Assembly: GCF_004010195.1 (NCBI RefSeq)
Contig: NC_057717.1
Coordinates: forward strand, 107,166,585 to 107,230,584
Reading direction: 5' to 3'
DNA length: 64,000 bases
Source: Chiloscyllium plagiosum
Lineage: Eukaryota
The notes beneath the pieces are model-generated. The model was not told where the DNA came from and made no database searches. It saw only the letters and a program-made list of their open reading frames with translations. A program made the translations under genes and the position numbers. Positions 38,181 to 52,770 of the stretch are shown piece after piece; position 1 is the first letter of the stretch, and every line of letters starts with the position of its first letter.

Positions 38181-40937
38181 GAGGACATCTGGCGTTTTGG
38201 ACAATTACATATTGCATACACTTAACAATATAGTTCCACCCTCTTCTCAAATATCATAATGATATGGCAAGGCAATAGACGTGAAGCTGGAAAAGCATAG
38301 CAGGTCAGACAACATCCAAGGGGCAGGAAAGTCAACGTTTTGGGCTGAAAGGCTTTGTCAGGACTGGCAAGGCAAATGGAAATATTGCAGGGCAGTGTAG
38401 CAGATACCTTACTATAAATCAAACTTGTGCTATATCTGGTCTGTGAATGCTTGATGCTTGATCACAGATAAAGTTTTCATAAATCTAAGATTTATCATCT
38501 TGAAAAATCACCAAAACATTAGTAAAAGGAGGTATGGTAAACTATTACTTTCTAGCCCAAAGAATTTCATTAGATCCTTCCTTGGCATTATCAGGTGGCT
38601 CATTATGAATTGGCTAAAGGAAATACAAATACTACTCTCTTCAATATGTAATCCTGAATTAGTCAGAAATTTGCAGTGCTCAGCAAATCTGAAAACCATC
38701 CATTTTCTAACTAATTCCATTAATGATAGCAACATATGCCAGAATATTTGAATTTTCCTTTACCATGCAATTTAGACTCATTCGTTAATCAACATGCAAG
38801 GTTGAGGTTCAAAATACTGAAAAGTAAATCAATATAATTTAGAGAATAGAATGGTCTTCTGCAGCTACCTCACACACCTCACTGTTACCAGTATTCTGCC
38901 AACACCAAATACACTAAGTCTGAAAACAGGTGTATGCGAGTGAATGCAGAACTCTGGTGATGCCTGACTCCTGATCAGTCTCTCAACATTATTAGAATAA
39001 CAAGTTACAGGAGCAACTTGCCCTCTTTGTCTGTGACTCACTGTGTGCAAACAGCACTGTACATTCCCCAAAATCATTGAAGTGCATTCAATGACAGACT
39101 TGCATTCATATTACCCAAATTTCATTTCTCAGAAATAAAAGTTTGAGACGTACTTAATCCTTTGAAGCTCAATTATTACTTACCTAGGTCAAACCGCTAC
39201 ATCCCTAAATAGTCTGGTGAAGGATCACTGAATGGAAACATGGGGATGAATCTTATTTTTTTGGCTCAGTGCAAGTTGTGTCAAGTTTTATGAAAGGCTG
39301 TTTGCCGTGAGGCCTCGTGAGGTTCCTCACTGTATCTCACAAACTCACCTTATTAACGGCATACCCACGCTTATGGCATCCCTCAGTTGACTCCAGCCCA
39401 ATTTACCACATGCCATTCCCAGAACAATTCTCCACTCAGCTGATATCCAGAATTCATTGAAATACCTAACACACGGCTCTGGCTCTCATGGTCTCACCAT
39501 TTGCTTGCAACATCTCCCCTTACTCGCTGTCACACACCCCCAACCCGACAGCACTAATCCTGCATTCTCCTCTGAATTTTTTATTCACTCTAGATACCTC
39601 CCCAGTGGAGATTGCCCTTGACTTACTCTACCAGGACCCCCTGACAAAAAGTCTGTTTCTTTCGATTTAACTGAGGCATGCTGACATGCTTCCTTCCTTT
39701 GTGTCTGAGTTAAATGGAAGGCAAGACAGAGTATATTGAGACAAGTATCTCTGGCTGAAGGGGCAAAGCTCAATAAGGCAAGGCAAGGCCATGCAAAGCA
39801 GGGTTGCTATGAGTATTCAGGTAAGCTGACAGCAATGAGCACTATGAAACAAATGAAGAGCCCGGAGATGCAGCTTGATGAGCTGGATATGCCTGTCTGA
39901 GTGCACAGTATTCTGGCTGCAGCATTACAATGATGGCTGCTGTTGTGTGCCTGTTGTGCAGCTTTGAAATGCAGAAGCATACTGTTAAATGAATTGGAGC
40001 TACACCCTAAGGGTTCTTAGAGGCTGGCACATATCTGATGCCAAAGTCCTTAGACTGTGTGTGTGTGATTAGGCCCTATAGAGCGTGGCCTGAGATATTG
40101 GTGCCCAGTATCCAACATGAAGGTCCTTCAGAGGAAGCAGTAAGTTGATGTTTCTCAGGTTTCTCAACATCTAGCTTGTTTAATGACTTTGGTAATATAG
40201 AAAGCTGAATATTAATTAAATGAGTTGGGCCATCAACAAGGTGTTTAACAAGCAATAAACTCCCATAATTGGGAACTCGCTGCTGCCTAACGCGAAACTC
40301 CAGAGTGCGATGATTATGAGGTCGAGATGGACCTCACTGAACTTCTTGTCCAGTGTTGCCATGAGTCTCACCATAACCCACATCGCTCAGATCCTTAGAC
40401 AATTCCACCCATTAGCTCTGTTCTTCCACAGAGACCACCAGACCTGATGAACATTTTCTGTCTTTCTAATGTTTCAATTTCTCTTGCTAGCCAAGGTTGA
40501 ATACTTTTCCATGGCATTTTCATTCCTTAAGGGTACACTTGTGATGAATCATGAATTAATTATTTATATTTTTGTTATTTCTTATCTACTGTCTACTTAT
40601 CAACGACTTGCTCCTCAAACCTGCAGTTTTCTTTGTTCACAATGAGGAAATTAAATCAATATTTATCTAAATCACTCTCAAATGAACATACTGACATAGA
40701 GAATGACCTTGATTGCAATTCATGAATTCATCCTACATATCACTGGTACAGTTTTGGTAGAAGAGGGAGTGAATATTAATGGGAGGAATGTCAATCAATC
40801 AAATAACACTTTTGTTGGTACCGAGCTTCACACACCCTAGTGTTATGATCTCAGCTGATGGCACTAAACTATTTCAAATTCTAATAATTTGAAGGTTTCT
40901 ATCTTAAAACTCTCAGGATTTTGAATCTTCACAAATA

Positions 40938-41250
40938 TGGGGAGGCAGTGACCTTGTGATAGCATCACCGGACTATTAATCCAGACAGATTCGTAATATC
41001 CTGGGGACCCGGGCTCAAATTGCACCATGGCAGATAGTGAAATGTGAAATCAATTTTTTTAAAAATCTGGAGAAAAACGTGGTTCACTAATGTCCTTTAA
41101 GGAACGAAACTGCCAATCTTACCTGATCTGACTACATGTGACTCCAGACCCACAGCAATGTAGGTGACTCTTAAACTATCCTCTGGACAATTAGGTTGGG
41201 AAATAAATGCTGGCCAAGCTTATGACACCCTCATCCCATGAATGAATTTT
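40938..41250 (+). mobile_element. tRNA-headed SINE sharing both ends with family-B LINE
   Basis: Head homologous to 13508-13790 and 62357-62710; tail aataaatgctggcc…catcccatgaatgaat homologous to family-B LINE ends. Confidence 0.75.
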
Positions 41251-41264
41251 TAAAAACTACAAAC

Positions 41265-42463
41265 CCATTGCAGCAGTGGGAGTGGTGACAGCGCAGATCA
41301 TGGGGCTGCTGGGAAGGTAAATTTTCCTGTAAATACTGACCTCGTGAACAGGTGGAGTGAAGGTTCAACAGGAGTGGACACGGACATGGGGACTGCTGGG
41401 TACGTGAACCGATATATTCAGGTTGTGGCTGAACCCAGGACACGACATGTGTAAAGTCTCCCACCCGTCCTCCTTCTCTAACCAATAAAAAAGACCCTAT
41501 AAGGTAAGGATTTTAAAAAATATTTATTCACTCTCTCTTGGCTCATTTGGGAAGCTGAGGGGGTGATAGAGAAGTTATAGGGAGACCATCGCACCTAAGT
41601 TACAGGATAAAGGTAACTGGGCGAGCGTCAGGAGAGGGAAAGGAAATCGACAGGCAGTGCAGGGCTGATAAGTGGCAGATGGAGTTCAATGTAAAAAGTA
41701 TGAAGTGATTTATTTTGCAAGGTCGAATTTGAATGCAGAATACAGAGTTAAAGGCAGGATTCTTAGCAATGTGGAGGAACAGAGGGATCTTGGGATCCAT
41801 GTCCATAGATCCCTCAAAGTTGCCACCCAAGCTGATAGGATTGTTAAGAAGGCGTATGGTATATTGGCATTCATTAGGAGGGGGACTGAATTTAAGAGCC
41901 ACGAAGTTATGCTGCAGCTCTATAGAGCCCTGGTTAAACCACACTCAGAATATTGTGTTCATTTCTGGTTGCCTCATTATAGGAAAGACATGGAAGTTTT
42001 AGAGAGGGTGCAGAGGAGATTTACCAGAATGCTGCCTGGACTGGAGGGCAAGTCTTATGAAGAAAGATTGAGGGAGCTAGGGCTTTTCTCACTGGAACAA
42101 AGAAGGGTGAGAGGTAACTTGATAGAAGTGTACAAGATGATGAGAGGCATAGATTGAGTGAATAGTCAGAGACTTTCTCCCAGAGCCGAAATGGCTATCA
42201 TAAGGGAACATAATTTTAAGGTAATTGAAGGAAAGATTACGGGAGATGTCAGAGGTCAATACTTTACAGAGTGGTGGGTGTGTGGAATGCACTGCCAGCA
42301 GTGGTAGTAGAGTCAGATACATTAGGGACATTTAAGTGACTCTTGGATAGGCACATGGATGTTAGTAAAATGAAGGGAATGTAGGTTAGTTTGACCTTAG
42401 CATAGGATAAAAGTCCAGCACAACATCAAGGGCCTGTACTGTGCTGTACAGTTCTATGTTCTC
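41265..42463 (+). mobile_element. Internally deleted CR1: 5' UTR/ORF1 start fused to RT C-terminus and 3' tail
   Basis: ORF1-like …PKLQDKGNWASVRRGKG… joins at ~41663 directly to ADKWQMEF…; tail gttctatgttct. Confidence 0.7.
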
Positions 42464-43878
42464 GTAAAAGCACTGTACTGCAGTGGCTGGTTTTCCTCCT
42501 AAGTAAACTAAAATATGCCACAAGAGAAACTCAACTGCTTCTGAGCTTGATTCTTCTCAAATAAAACAATGGCAATTTCTACACAGAACTGAAAATAAAA
42601 CTAATGGTTTAACATGTTTACACTGCCTGTCATAAATCCAAAATTATAAACATCTTAATCTATTAACATTCCAGGTGTACTCTCAAGCACTTTATTGGAA
42701 CCGAACATTTAAGTCACGATCTGGGAATGACTTCTTGACTCTTTAAAAAATCTTCACAGCATTAACTCATATCCATACGCTTCTCTTTTCAAAACAATCC
42801 AAAATCCAAAAAAATAAAAATTATTCTACGCAACTTGGCATCAAGAGGAGAACATTCCATTCCACTCCTCACTTGCACATTGTTGATGGTGGACAGACTT
42901 AAGGGAGTCAAGAGACAAGGTGAATTTGCCACTGAATTCCCAGCCTTAGATTTGCTCTTCTCGTCACAGTATTTATCTAACTGTCCATCTAGGTTTCTGG
43001 TAAATGGTGAGCTCTCCCCACCAGGATGTTAATGTTGGAGAATTTGGTGACAGTAATGTTACCAAATATCAAGGAGGTGTGGCCAGATTCTGTTTTGGAG
43101 ATGATAGTCACCTTGTGGCACAAATATTCCCGCTTACGAGTTCATCAAATACACTGGACAGTTTGCTGTTACTTTGTGTGAAAGCACAATAAACAACAGA
43201 GTGAAAGTGAATCAGCGTGTTCCAGCAATGCTACATGTGAAACGATGGATCACTGATGAATGAGCGACCTTGCTGGGTGCATGTTCTCTATGAATTTCAC
43301 AAAATAATTCACATATTCAACAGCCACAGGATTTACAATTTAAAATCCACCTCAAAGCTGACAAATTGTCATGCTTTCCAGTTCATTAATTTGCAGTAAT
43401 TGCTCAGCCTCAGCCCTGTGTTTGCTGAGCTACAGGATCAATGCACTTTGCACTTGCCTCAGGATCCAACTCAGGCTTTCTCGATATACAGTATGCATTG
43501 ACGTAGGCAAAATCTAATTTGAACTAAAAGTTGAAGTCCTCCAAATCCTGGAAGCCCAGATTAAAAACACACAATTTCAGAAACATTCAGCAGGTTAACT
43601 GGGATCTGAAGACAGATTAATATTCGAGGCACAACCTCTGCAGGATGCCCTCTGTCATGTTGGAGCTGGACTCCTTCATATTCTCATAACACCCAGCAAC
43701 TTGGCATGCATATTCTCAGTGATTTCCAGTATGCCTGAGGTCCCTGTTGCAGAACCTGGCTATGACATTTCCCCCTGATGAACTGGCACATGAACTATCT
43801 ATTACCACTGCACTAATTACACCAGTATCTGACTGGTGTCTGTGAGTAGAGAGTAGACAGATAGAGTAGCTTTTCATT

Positions 43879-44208
43879 GTGGTTCTGTTCGCCAAGCTGG
43901 GAATTTGTGTTGCAGACGTTTCGTCCCCTGTCTAGGTGACATCCTCAGTGCTTGGGAGCCTCCTGTGAAGCGCTTCTGTGATGTTTCCTCCGACATTTAT
44001 AGTGGTTTGTCTCTGCCGCTTCCGGTTATCAGTTCCAGCTGTTCCACTATAAATGCCAGAGGAAACATCACAGAAATGCTTCACAGGAGGCTCCCAAGCC
44101 CTGAGGATGTCACCTAGACAGGGGACGAAACATCTGCAACACAAATTCCCAGCTCGGCGATCAGAACCACAACAACGAGCACCCGAGCTACAAATCTTCT
44201 CACAAACT
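43879..44208. mobile_element. Foldback PLE-derived element with two hammerhead motifs (family 3)
   Basis: ~129-bp inverted arms (43877-44005 and 44044-44172); 17-bp TSD tagagtagcttttcatt at 43862-43878 and 44209-44225. Confidence 0.88.
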
Positions 44209-44234
44209 TAGAGTAGCTTTTCATTTGTCATTTC

Positions 44235-45405
<1,171 letters not shown>

Positions 45406-46048
45406 TCATCATTCCTGTGCTGTTGCTCCCAACATCTGTAGTGTACTGGTTTTAACGAGGTGATCTTTCACAGAGACATAAGCATATTTGGAGATTTGGT
45501 TTCAACAATATAACAGATGCTTATGATGCAAAAGAAAGAATGATAAAATAAACCAAACTATTTAGATATAACACAAATTTGAAGATTTTGATGTACATAA
45601 TAAACTACAATCCCATTAGTCCCAACAGGACCCCTTTGTAGTCCTCAGACCAGAGAGAATTCCCTTGTCTATCTCTATCTATAAGGTTTAACTTAATGAA
45701 TGCTTCATTTCCCAGTCTTGATAATTTGACAGGTGCTTTCTTGAGTCTTTATCCAACTGTGCTTAGACTTTCTCAGCTTCAAATAGCCCCTTCAGGATTT
45801 TAACAAAACACCGTTAGTCTGCAACTTTCAAACTGAACTTCTTACATTGATGTAATCTATTTATTAACAGTTCTAAACTATCTCTGTTCTTCAGGAACAG
45901 CCGTTTTACACATTAACTTTCACTAAAACTTCCGTAAACACAAACCAAAAGGTTTCTTCAAGCTGTGCATGTTTCCTATAAGCCAAAAAAGGTACAATTC
46001 CAGATCCTTCTGATGCATAATGCATAACCATGCCTATCATGTAAAGCT

Positions 46049-47347
46049 GGTAAAAACAATGACTGCAGATGCTGGAAACCAGATTCTGGATCAGTGGTGC
46101 TGGAAGAGCACAGCAATTCAGGCAGCATCCAACGAGCAGCAAAATTGACGTTTCGGGCAAAAGCCCTTCATCAGGAATAAAGGCAGAGAGCCTGAAGCGT
46201 GGAGAGATAAGCTAGAGGAGGGTGGGGNNNNNNNNNNNNNNNNNNNNNNNNNNNNNNNNNNNNNNNNNNNNNNNNNNNNNNNNNNNNNNNNNNNNNNNNN
46301 NNNNNNNNNNNNNNNNNNNNNNNNNNNNNNNNNNNNNNNNNNNNNNNNNNNNNNNNNNNNNNNNNNNNNNNNNNNNNNNNNNNNNNNNNNNNNNNNNNNN
46401 NNNNNNNNNNNNNNNNNNNNNNNNNNNNNNNNNNNNNNNNNNNNNNNNNNNNNNNNNNNNNNNNNNNNNNNNNNNNNNNNNNNNNNNNNNNNNNNNNNNN
46501 NNNNNNNNNNNNNNNNNNNNNNNNNNNNNNNNNNNNNNNNNNNNNNNNNNNNNNNNNNNNNNNNNNNNNNNNNNNNNNNNNNNNNNNNNNNNNNNNNNNN
46601 NNNNNNNNNNNNNNNNNNNNNNNNNNNNNNNNNNNNNNNNNNNNNNNNNNNNNNNNNNNNNNNNNNNNNNNNNNNNNNNNNNNNNNNNNNNNNNNNNNNN
46701 NNNNNNNNNNNNNNNNNNNNNNNNNNNNNNNNNNNNNNNNNNNNNNNNNNNNNNNNNNNNNNNNNNNNNNNNNNNNNNNNNNNNNNNNNNNNNNNNNNNN
46801 NNNNNNNNNNNNNNNNNNNNNNNNNNNNNNNNNNNNNNNNNNNNNNNNNNNNNNNNNNNNNNNNNNNNNNNNNNNNNNNNNNNNNNNNNNNNNNNNNNNN
46901 NNNNNNNNNNNNNNNNNNNNNNNNNNNNNNNNNNNNNNNNNNNNNNNNNNNNNNNNNNNNNNNNNNNNNNNNNNNNNNNNNNNNNNNNNNNNNNNNNNNN
47001 NNNNNNNNNNNNNNNNNNNNNNNNNNNNNNNNNNNNNNNNNNNNNNNNNNNNNNNNNNNNNNNNNNNNNNNNNNNNNNNNNNNNNNNNNNNNNNNNNNNN
47101 NNNNNNNNNNNNNNNNNNNNNNNNNNNNNNNNNNNNTCTCAGGGAGTTATCATCTTCATCTCCTCCCCCACTCACCTATTGTACTCTATGCTACTTTCTC
47201 CCCACCCCACCCTCCTCTAGCTTATCTCTCCACGCTTCAGGCTCTCTGCCTTTATTCCTGATGAAGGGCTTTTGCCCGAAACGTCGATTTTGCTGCTCGT
47301 CGGATGCTGCCTGAATTGCTGTGTTCTTCCAGCACCACTGATCCAGA
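46049..47347. mobile_element. Longer foldback PLE-derived insertion with hammerheads in both arms, centre in an assembly gap
   Basis: Sequence left of the gap is the reverse complement of sequence right of it. Intact cores at 46147-46174 (-) and 47258-47285 (+). 13-bp TSD atcatgtaaagct at 46036-46048 and 47348-47360. Confidence 0.85.
46228..47136. other. Assembly gap (909 N)
   Basis: Run of n. Confidence 1.
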
Positions 47348-47469
47348 ATCATGTAAAGCTACCCAGTGAAAACAAACACCATTACTCTCAATAAGTCTCT
47401 CATAATGTTTTAGAAGATATTGCCTTGGCTACAGGAATACACATGCCTCTAGTTCAAAATCAGCTCTAA

Positions 47470-47475
<6 letters not shown>

Positions 47476-47508
<33 letters not shown>

Positions 47509-47529
47509 ATACATAAAATATATATATAA
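47476..47529. repeat. (TA)n microsatellite
   Basis: Direct reading. Confidence 0.95.
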
Positions 47530-47735
47530 GTCACACCTTATATTGCACAAACAGCATAATGGAGGCTACCTGGAGGAGTGAGGTACAGAAGGTAGAAACA
47601 GACTGTCATCCAGAACATTTTCAATGACACCAACATTACAAATTCTGTTACACAGACCCCATGATGTAAAGACCTATCGTATCCTTAATGTTAAGACTTA
47701 TAGGCACACTAGACTCCTGTGAGTTCTGCTCTGCT

Positions 47736-47938
47736 CTGTGGGAGGAAACCGGGTGCTCCGGTTTCCTCCCACAGTCCAAAGATGTGCAGGGTCAGGTGAA
47801 TTGGCCATGCTAAATTGCCCGTAGTGTTAGGTAAGGGGTAAATGTAGGGGTATGGGTGGGTTTCGCTTCGGCTGGTCGGTGTGGACTTGTTGGGCCGAAG
47901 GGCCTGTTTCCACACTGTAATGTAATCTAATCTAATCT
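47736..47938 (+). mobile_element. 5'-truncated HE1-like SINE with short terminal inversion
   Basis: 3' half of HE1 with (aatct)n tail; 17-bp perfect inverted repeat at the truncation point. Confidence 0.85.
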
Positions 47939-47943
47939 ATTAT

Positions 47944-48117
47944 AGTTGAGAGTGTGTTGCTGGAAAAGCACAGCAAGTCAGGCAGCATCCGAGGAGCAGA
48001 AGGCTCTGGCCTGAAATGTCGATTTTCCAGCTCCTCGGATGCTGCCTGACCTACTGTGCTTTTCAAGCAAAAAAATCTCAACTCTGACCTCCAGCATCTG
48101 CAGACCTCACTTTCTCC
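47944..48117. mobile_element. Degenerate foldback family-1 element
   Basis: Arms agttgagagtg…gcatccgaggagc and gctcctcggatgc…tctcaact, ending cactttctcc; hammerhead core largely lost. Confidence 0.75.
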
Positions 48118-49869
48118 TCTGTTTTATTATACTCCACTTTGTCATGCAAAAGGGATAACAGCATATTGTGGGTAATGCACCTGCCAGAGTGGAATATCTA
48201 GAAGTATGTATATCTAGAGGAAGGTGGTTGTGAGGCTGCCAGCAGTGTTGCTAGGTCTAAGAGAGTAAGGTGAAAGATTTGGATTTTCATCCGAGTTCTG
48301 TGAGTGAGGGGATACTGACGGGTAAGTAATGGAGATGTTGTGCACTGTGTAGTTTAAAAGGCTGAATTAGAAATGATGCATGAGGATGTCCTTGATCACA
48401 CACCTGAGGTCATTTGGCTTATATAGTACGTAGAACAGCACAGCACAGGAACAGGCCCTTCCACCCACGTGACTGTACCAACCATGATACCATTCTAAAC
48501 CAATCCCATCTCCCTGCATATAATCTACGTCCCTCTAATCCCATGTGTGCACCTTTCTGCTGAAATGCCTCTTAAATGTTGCTGTTGAAATTGTTCTGGC
48601 AGCACATTCCAGACACCTAACACCCTCTGTATAAAAGAAATGCCTCATCCATTTCCCTTAAACTTTTCCTCCTCAACTTAATCTTACGCCTCCTAGTATT
48701 TGATTGGCTCCTCTGCCAGGTCCTTGGGTCTAGATTCCAGGCACTGTCCTACATAACCACCAATTCCCAATCTTTGAAAGCCTCCTGGCCCTCTCTGGAA
48801 CCACAGCATCTCTCTTTATGACCACCTCCAACACTGCATCCATCGCCAGGAAGCCTTCTCTGCCCTTCTGCTTGTGCTTGTAGCTGCCCCGACTGGAGGT
48901 CTGCTGTCACGGGATGTCACAATTGTCTGTCTGATGCCATTCTCACACATCCACTGTATCTCACCTACAGTTGCTTGATGACATCCATCATCCAACGATG
49001 CCAATGTCAACCATTCTTTATTAAGTGACGGAGCAACCTATTCCAGCTACTCAGTTTTAAATTTCTTCAGTTGCACTTCACTTTACCCTCAAGAAAAGAG
49101 TCTCTGTTGTTTTTCAGGCCTATTCAAATGGCAGAAATATTGACACTTTCTTTTCTGAATGTCACTTTTTAGAATTCTTTCTGTTCATGTAACGTCAAAC
49201 AGCTCTTCTTTACCTTATGGTCTGTCATTTGAATTAATAGCATTCATCTTAGCATTCACATTTCAAAGGCTTCGGTCTAAATGTTACATTTTCCTTGTTT
49301 AGAGTTGTAGCCACTTGTCAAGCAGTGCACTTCCCCTTTAAGAGGAACAGATTACTTTAAGAACAGAAGGTTGGTTGCACCACATGCAATTAAGGAACAT
49401 TGCTCGGCTCCCCGCTGAACCAGAGGCAACCAGCAGTGAGGCAGATGTTTGCTCCATACTTCAATCACATTTTTGAACTGCCTGCCTCCACCACAACTGG
49501 TTGTCAATCTCAAACCCCATCCTTAAAATACAGTGCAAACTAATTTTTAACCAGCATTTGGCAGCGTAAGAGAAAGGCCTGCTGTATAGTGACTGTTTTA
49601 TGCAACACAACTGAGTGATTTGTTTCTCCTCCCCTATTTATTCATTTTAAAACTATTCTGGATTCATTTCTTGTCCTGGCCAGCAGTTATCCTTCAGCCA
49701 ACACACAGAAACAGATTATCTGATCATTATCACATTGTTATCTAATGAAGCTTGCTATGCAGAGGTTGATTACTGTATTTCCTACTGGCAACAGTGACAG
49801 AATTTCAAGAAAACATTTCATTGGTTGTAAAGATACCACATAAAATGTTATTGTACAAGATGCATGCTC

Positions 49870-51015
49870 ACGATACTGGGGATAATGTATTAGCATACAT
49901 CATCTGTTGCATGGATTGAGGACTGGTTAACACACAGAATTTTTTTTCAGGTTGGAAAGGCATAACTAGTGGAGTGCCACAAGGATCAGTCCAAGGGCCT
50001 CAATTACAGATGATGCATATTAATGACTTGAAGGTGGGGGCAGAGTGTTATGTATCCAAATTTGCTGATGATACAAAAATAGGTGGGAGGGCATATTGTA
50101 ATAAGGGCATAAGGGATCCGCAAGGGGATATAGATAGAACATAGAATGATATGGTCTGTCTAAAAGCCTCATAAACATTTGCTCAGTAAGTGGGCAAATA
50201 CTTGTCTGACGGAGTTTAATCTAGGATAATGTGCGATCGCACACTTTGGGAGAAAGAATTAAAAGGCAGACCATTATTTAAATGGAGACAGATCCTAGAA
50301 AAAGTTCAGTACAGAGGGTTCTGGTTGTTCTTGTGCATGAAATACAGAAGTTAGTATACAGGTGCAACAAGTGATTAAGAAAGAAAATTGAATTTTGGAC
50401 TTCATTGCTAGGGGGGAGCTGAAATTTAAAAATAGAGAAGTCTTGTCACAACTGTACAGGCTGTTGGTGAGGGTGCACCAGCAGTACTGTGTACAGAGTT
50501 GGTCCACATGTTGAAGAAAACATATGCTGGCATTGGAAGCAGTTCAAAAGAGGTTCACTGGCTGATTCCTGAGATGAACAGTTTGACTTATCAAGAATGG
50601 TTAAATAGATCAGACCTTTATTTAGTAGAGTTTAAAGGAATGAGTGGTGATCTCATTGAAATATACAAGATTCTGAGGGGGCTTGACAGGACAGATGTTG
50701 AGAAGATGTTTCCACTCATGGGGCAGTCTCGAACCGGGGAGCATAGTTCCAGAATAAAGGGACATTCATTTAAAACTGAGACACAAAGGAATTTAATCTC
50801 TCAGAGGGTACTGACTGCCTGGAGTTCTCTGCCCCAGAAAGTTGTAGAGGCTAGATCACTAGTAGTATTTAAACAGGAGGTAGATAGACTTTTGAAATAT
50901 CAAGGAGGTGAGGGTTATGAGCGCTTAGCACGAAAGAGGAGTTGAGGCTTGAGGCACATCAGGCATGACCTTATAGAATGGAGAGGTGGGCTTGAGGGGC
51001 CGAATAGCCAATTTC
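49870..51015 (+). mobile_element. CR1 LINE RT C-half and 3' end
   Basis: [19 protein letters not shown] and GDLIEIYKILRGLD motifs. Confidence 0.85.
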
Positions 51016-52637
51016 TTACGTATTTATGCAAAGAGCTTTGGGATGACTTGACAGTGTGTGAAGTGTAAAATAAAAGCAAATTTTTCTTTTTGGGTTCAGT
51101 ATAGGAATGCAGATGAAGCACATGAAAATGAAAGAAATTATCGATATACATTTTTAAAAAGTGGTAAAATATCAATCAAAATGTTTCACTTCTCTATTAG
51201 GCATTAGAGCCCTTTCCTGGAACACTGCACGCTGTCGTGTCAATGAATATCAGGATGGACGTCATTACTTGAGAGAACGAGGGCAGCACCAATGACAGTT
51301 CCAGGTTTCAGGAGTTTACACAATTAGGTGGAAGGCTTATAAAAGTAATTATGGGTAGACTTTTCTCAGTGTTTGAGTGATGTGGTCAATGGAGAGAATT
51401 TTGGGAAAATGAGAATGAAAATATGTCAAGGAAGAAACATCCAATTTTTCCCCTTCAGGTTTTTTTTCTCCAGACTTCCGACTTCAGGTCCATTCACCCC
51501 ATCTCATGGCGCACTCCAACGACAGTGATTACCTCCAACTTTCATTAGCATCAGCAAAACACCAGTCTCAGCACATTATCATGGCTGATCGCAGAGTCCA
51601 CTTGACTCTGACAGAATTTCACTCTGGGAACCTTGACTTACATTCTTCTGCCAAGTCACTTTGTGAACATGAACACACAATCATCTCATGTATCTCCACA
51701 GGATGCACTTTCTGACTGTTAGCTTCCTTTTTTAGTACACACTAACTTTGCAGTTACTTCGAGGTTGCAGCCTTTGTCGTTCCATAACTTTCAAGCCAGA
51801 GAACCATAAAATATAGAAACAAATTAGGCCATTCAGCCCATCGAGTCTGCTCTGCCATTCAATCATGGCTGATATATTTCTCAACCTCATTCTCTTCCCA
51901 TAATTCTGATCCTCTTACTAATCAAGAGATACTATGTATCTCTGTCTTAAATATACCCAATGACTTGGCCTCCACAGGCCTCTGTGGCAATGTGTTTCAC
52001 AGATTCACCACCCTTCCACTGAGGAAGTTCCTCCTTATCTCAGTTTGAAAGGGTTATCTCTTCACACTGAGGCTGTGCCCCTGGCACCTGGTCTCTCTGA
52101 CTAGTAGAAACACAATGTCCACCTCCACTCTATCCTTAATATTCTGTAAATTTCAATAAGATCCTCCCTCATTCTTCCAAATTCCATTGAGTACAGACCC
52201 AGAGACCTGAACCACTCGTTCATCCAGATTATTAATGTATAACATACATTGACCCCTGCAGATCTTCACTAGTCACCAGCTGATATGCTAATAAAGACTC
52301 CTTTATTCCCGCGCTTTGCTATCTCCCAGTTAGCCAATCCTCTATCTATGCCAGTAGCTTGTCCCTAATACCATGGTCTCTTCTTATTTAGCAGCCTCCT
52401 GTGTGGCACCATGTCAAAGGCTTTTTGGAAATCCAAATAAATCATGTCCATTAGTACTCTTTTGTCTAATTTGCTCATTACCTTCTCAAAGAATCCAAAC
52501 AGATTTGTCAGGCATGACCCCCTTGACTCAGCCTTATTTACCATACATTTCCAATTATTCAGCCATCTCTTCCTTAATAATGGACACTAAACTCTTACCA
52601 ATGACCGAGTTCAGCTAACTGGCCTATTATTTCCGTT

Positions 52638-52770
52638 AGGAGAAAGTAAGGACTGCAGATGCTGGAGACCAGAGTTGAAAAGTGTGGGGTTGGAAATGCG
52701 CAGCAGGCCAATCAGCATCCAAGGAGCAGGAAAATCGACGTTTCGGGCATAAGCCCTTCTTCAGGAATCT
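52638..52770 (-). mobile_element. Hammerhead-bearing PLE-derived element (family 1), intact core
   Basis: Core at 52737-52764; 14-bp TSD ctattatttc(c/t)gtt at 52624-52637 and 52771-52784. Confidence 0.85.

Noticed and set aside
46171..47220. ~330-aa ORFs
   Set aside because: Artefacts of the N run.
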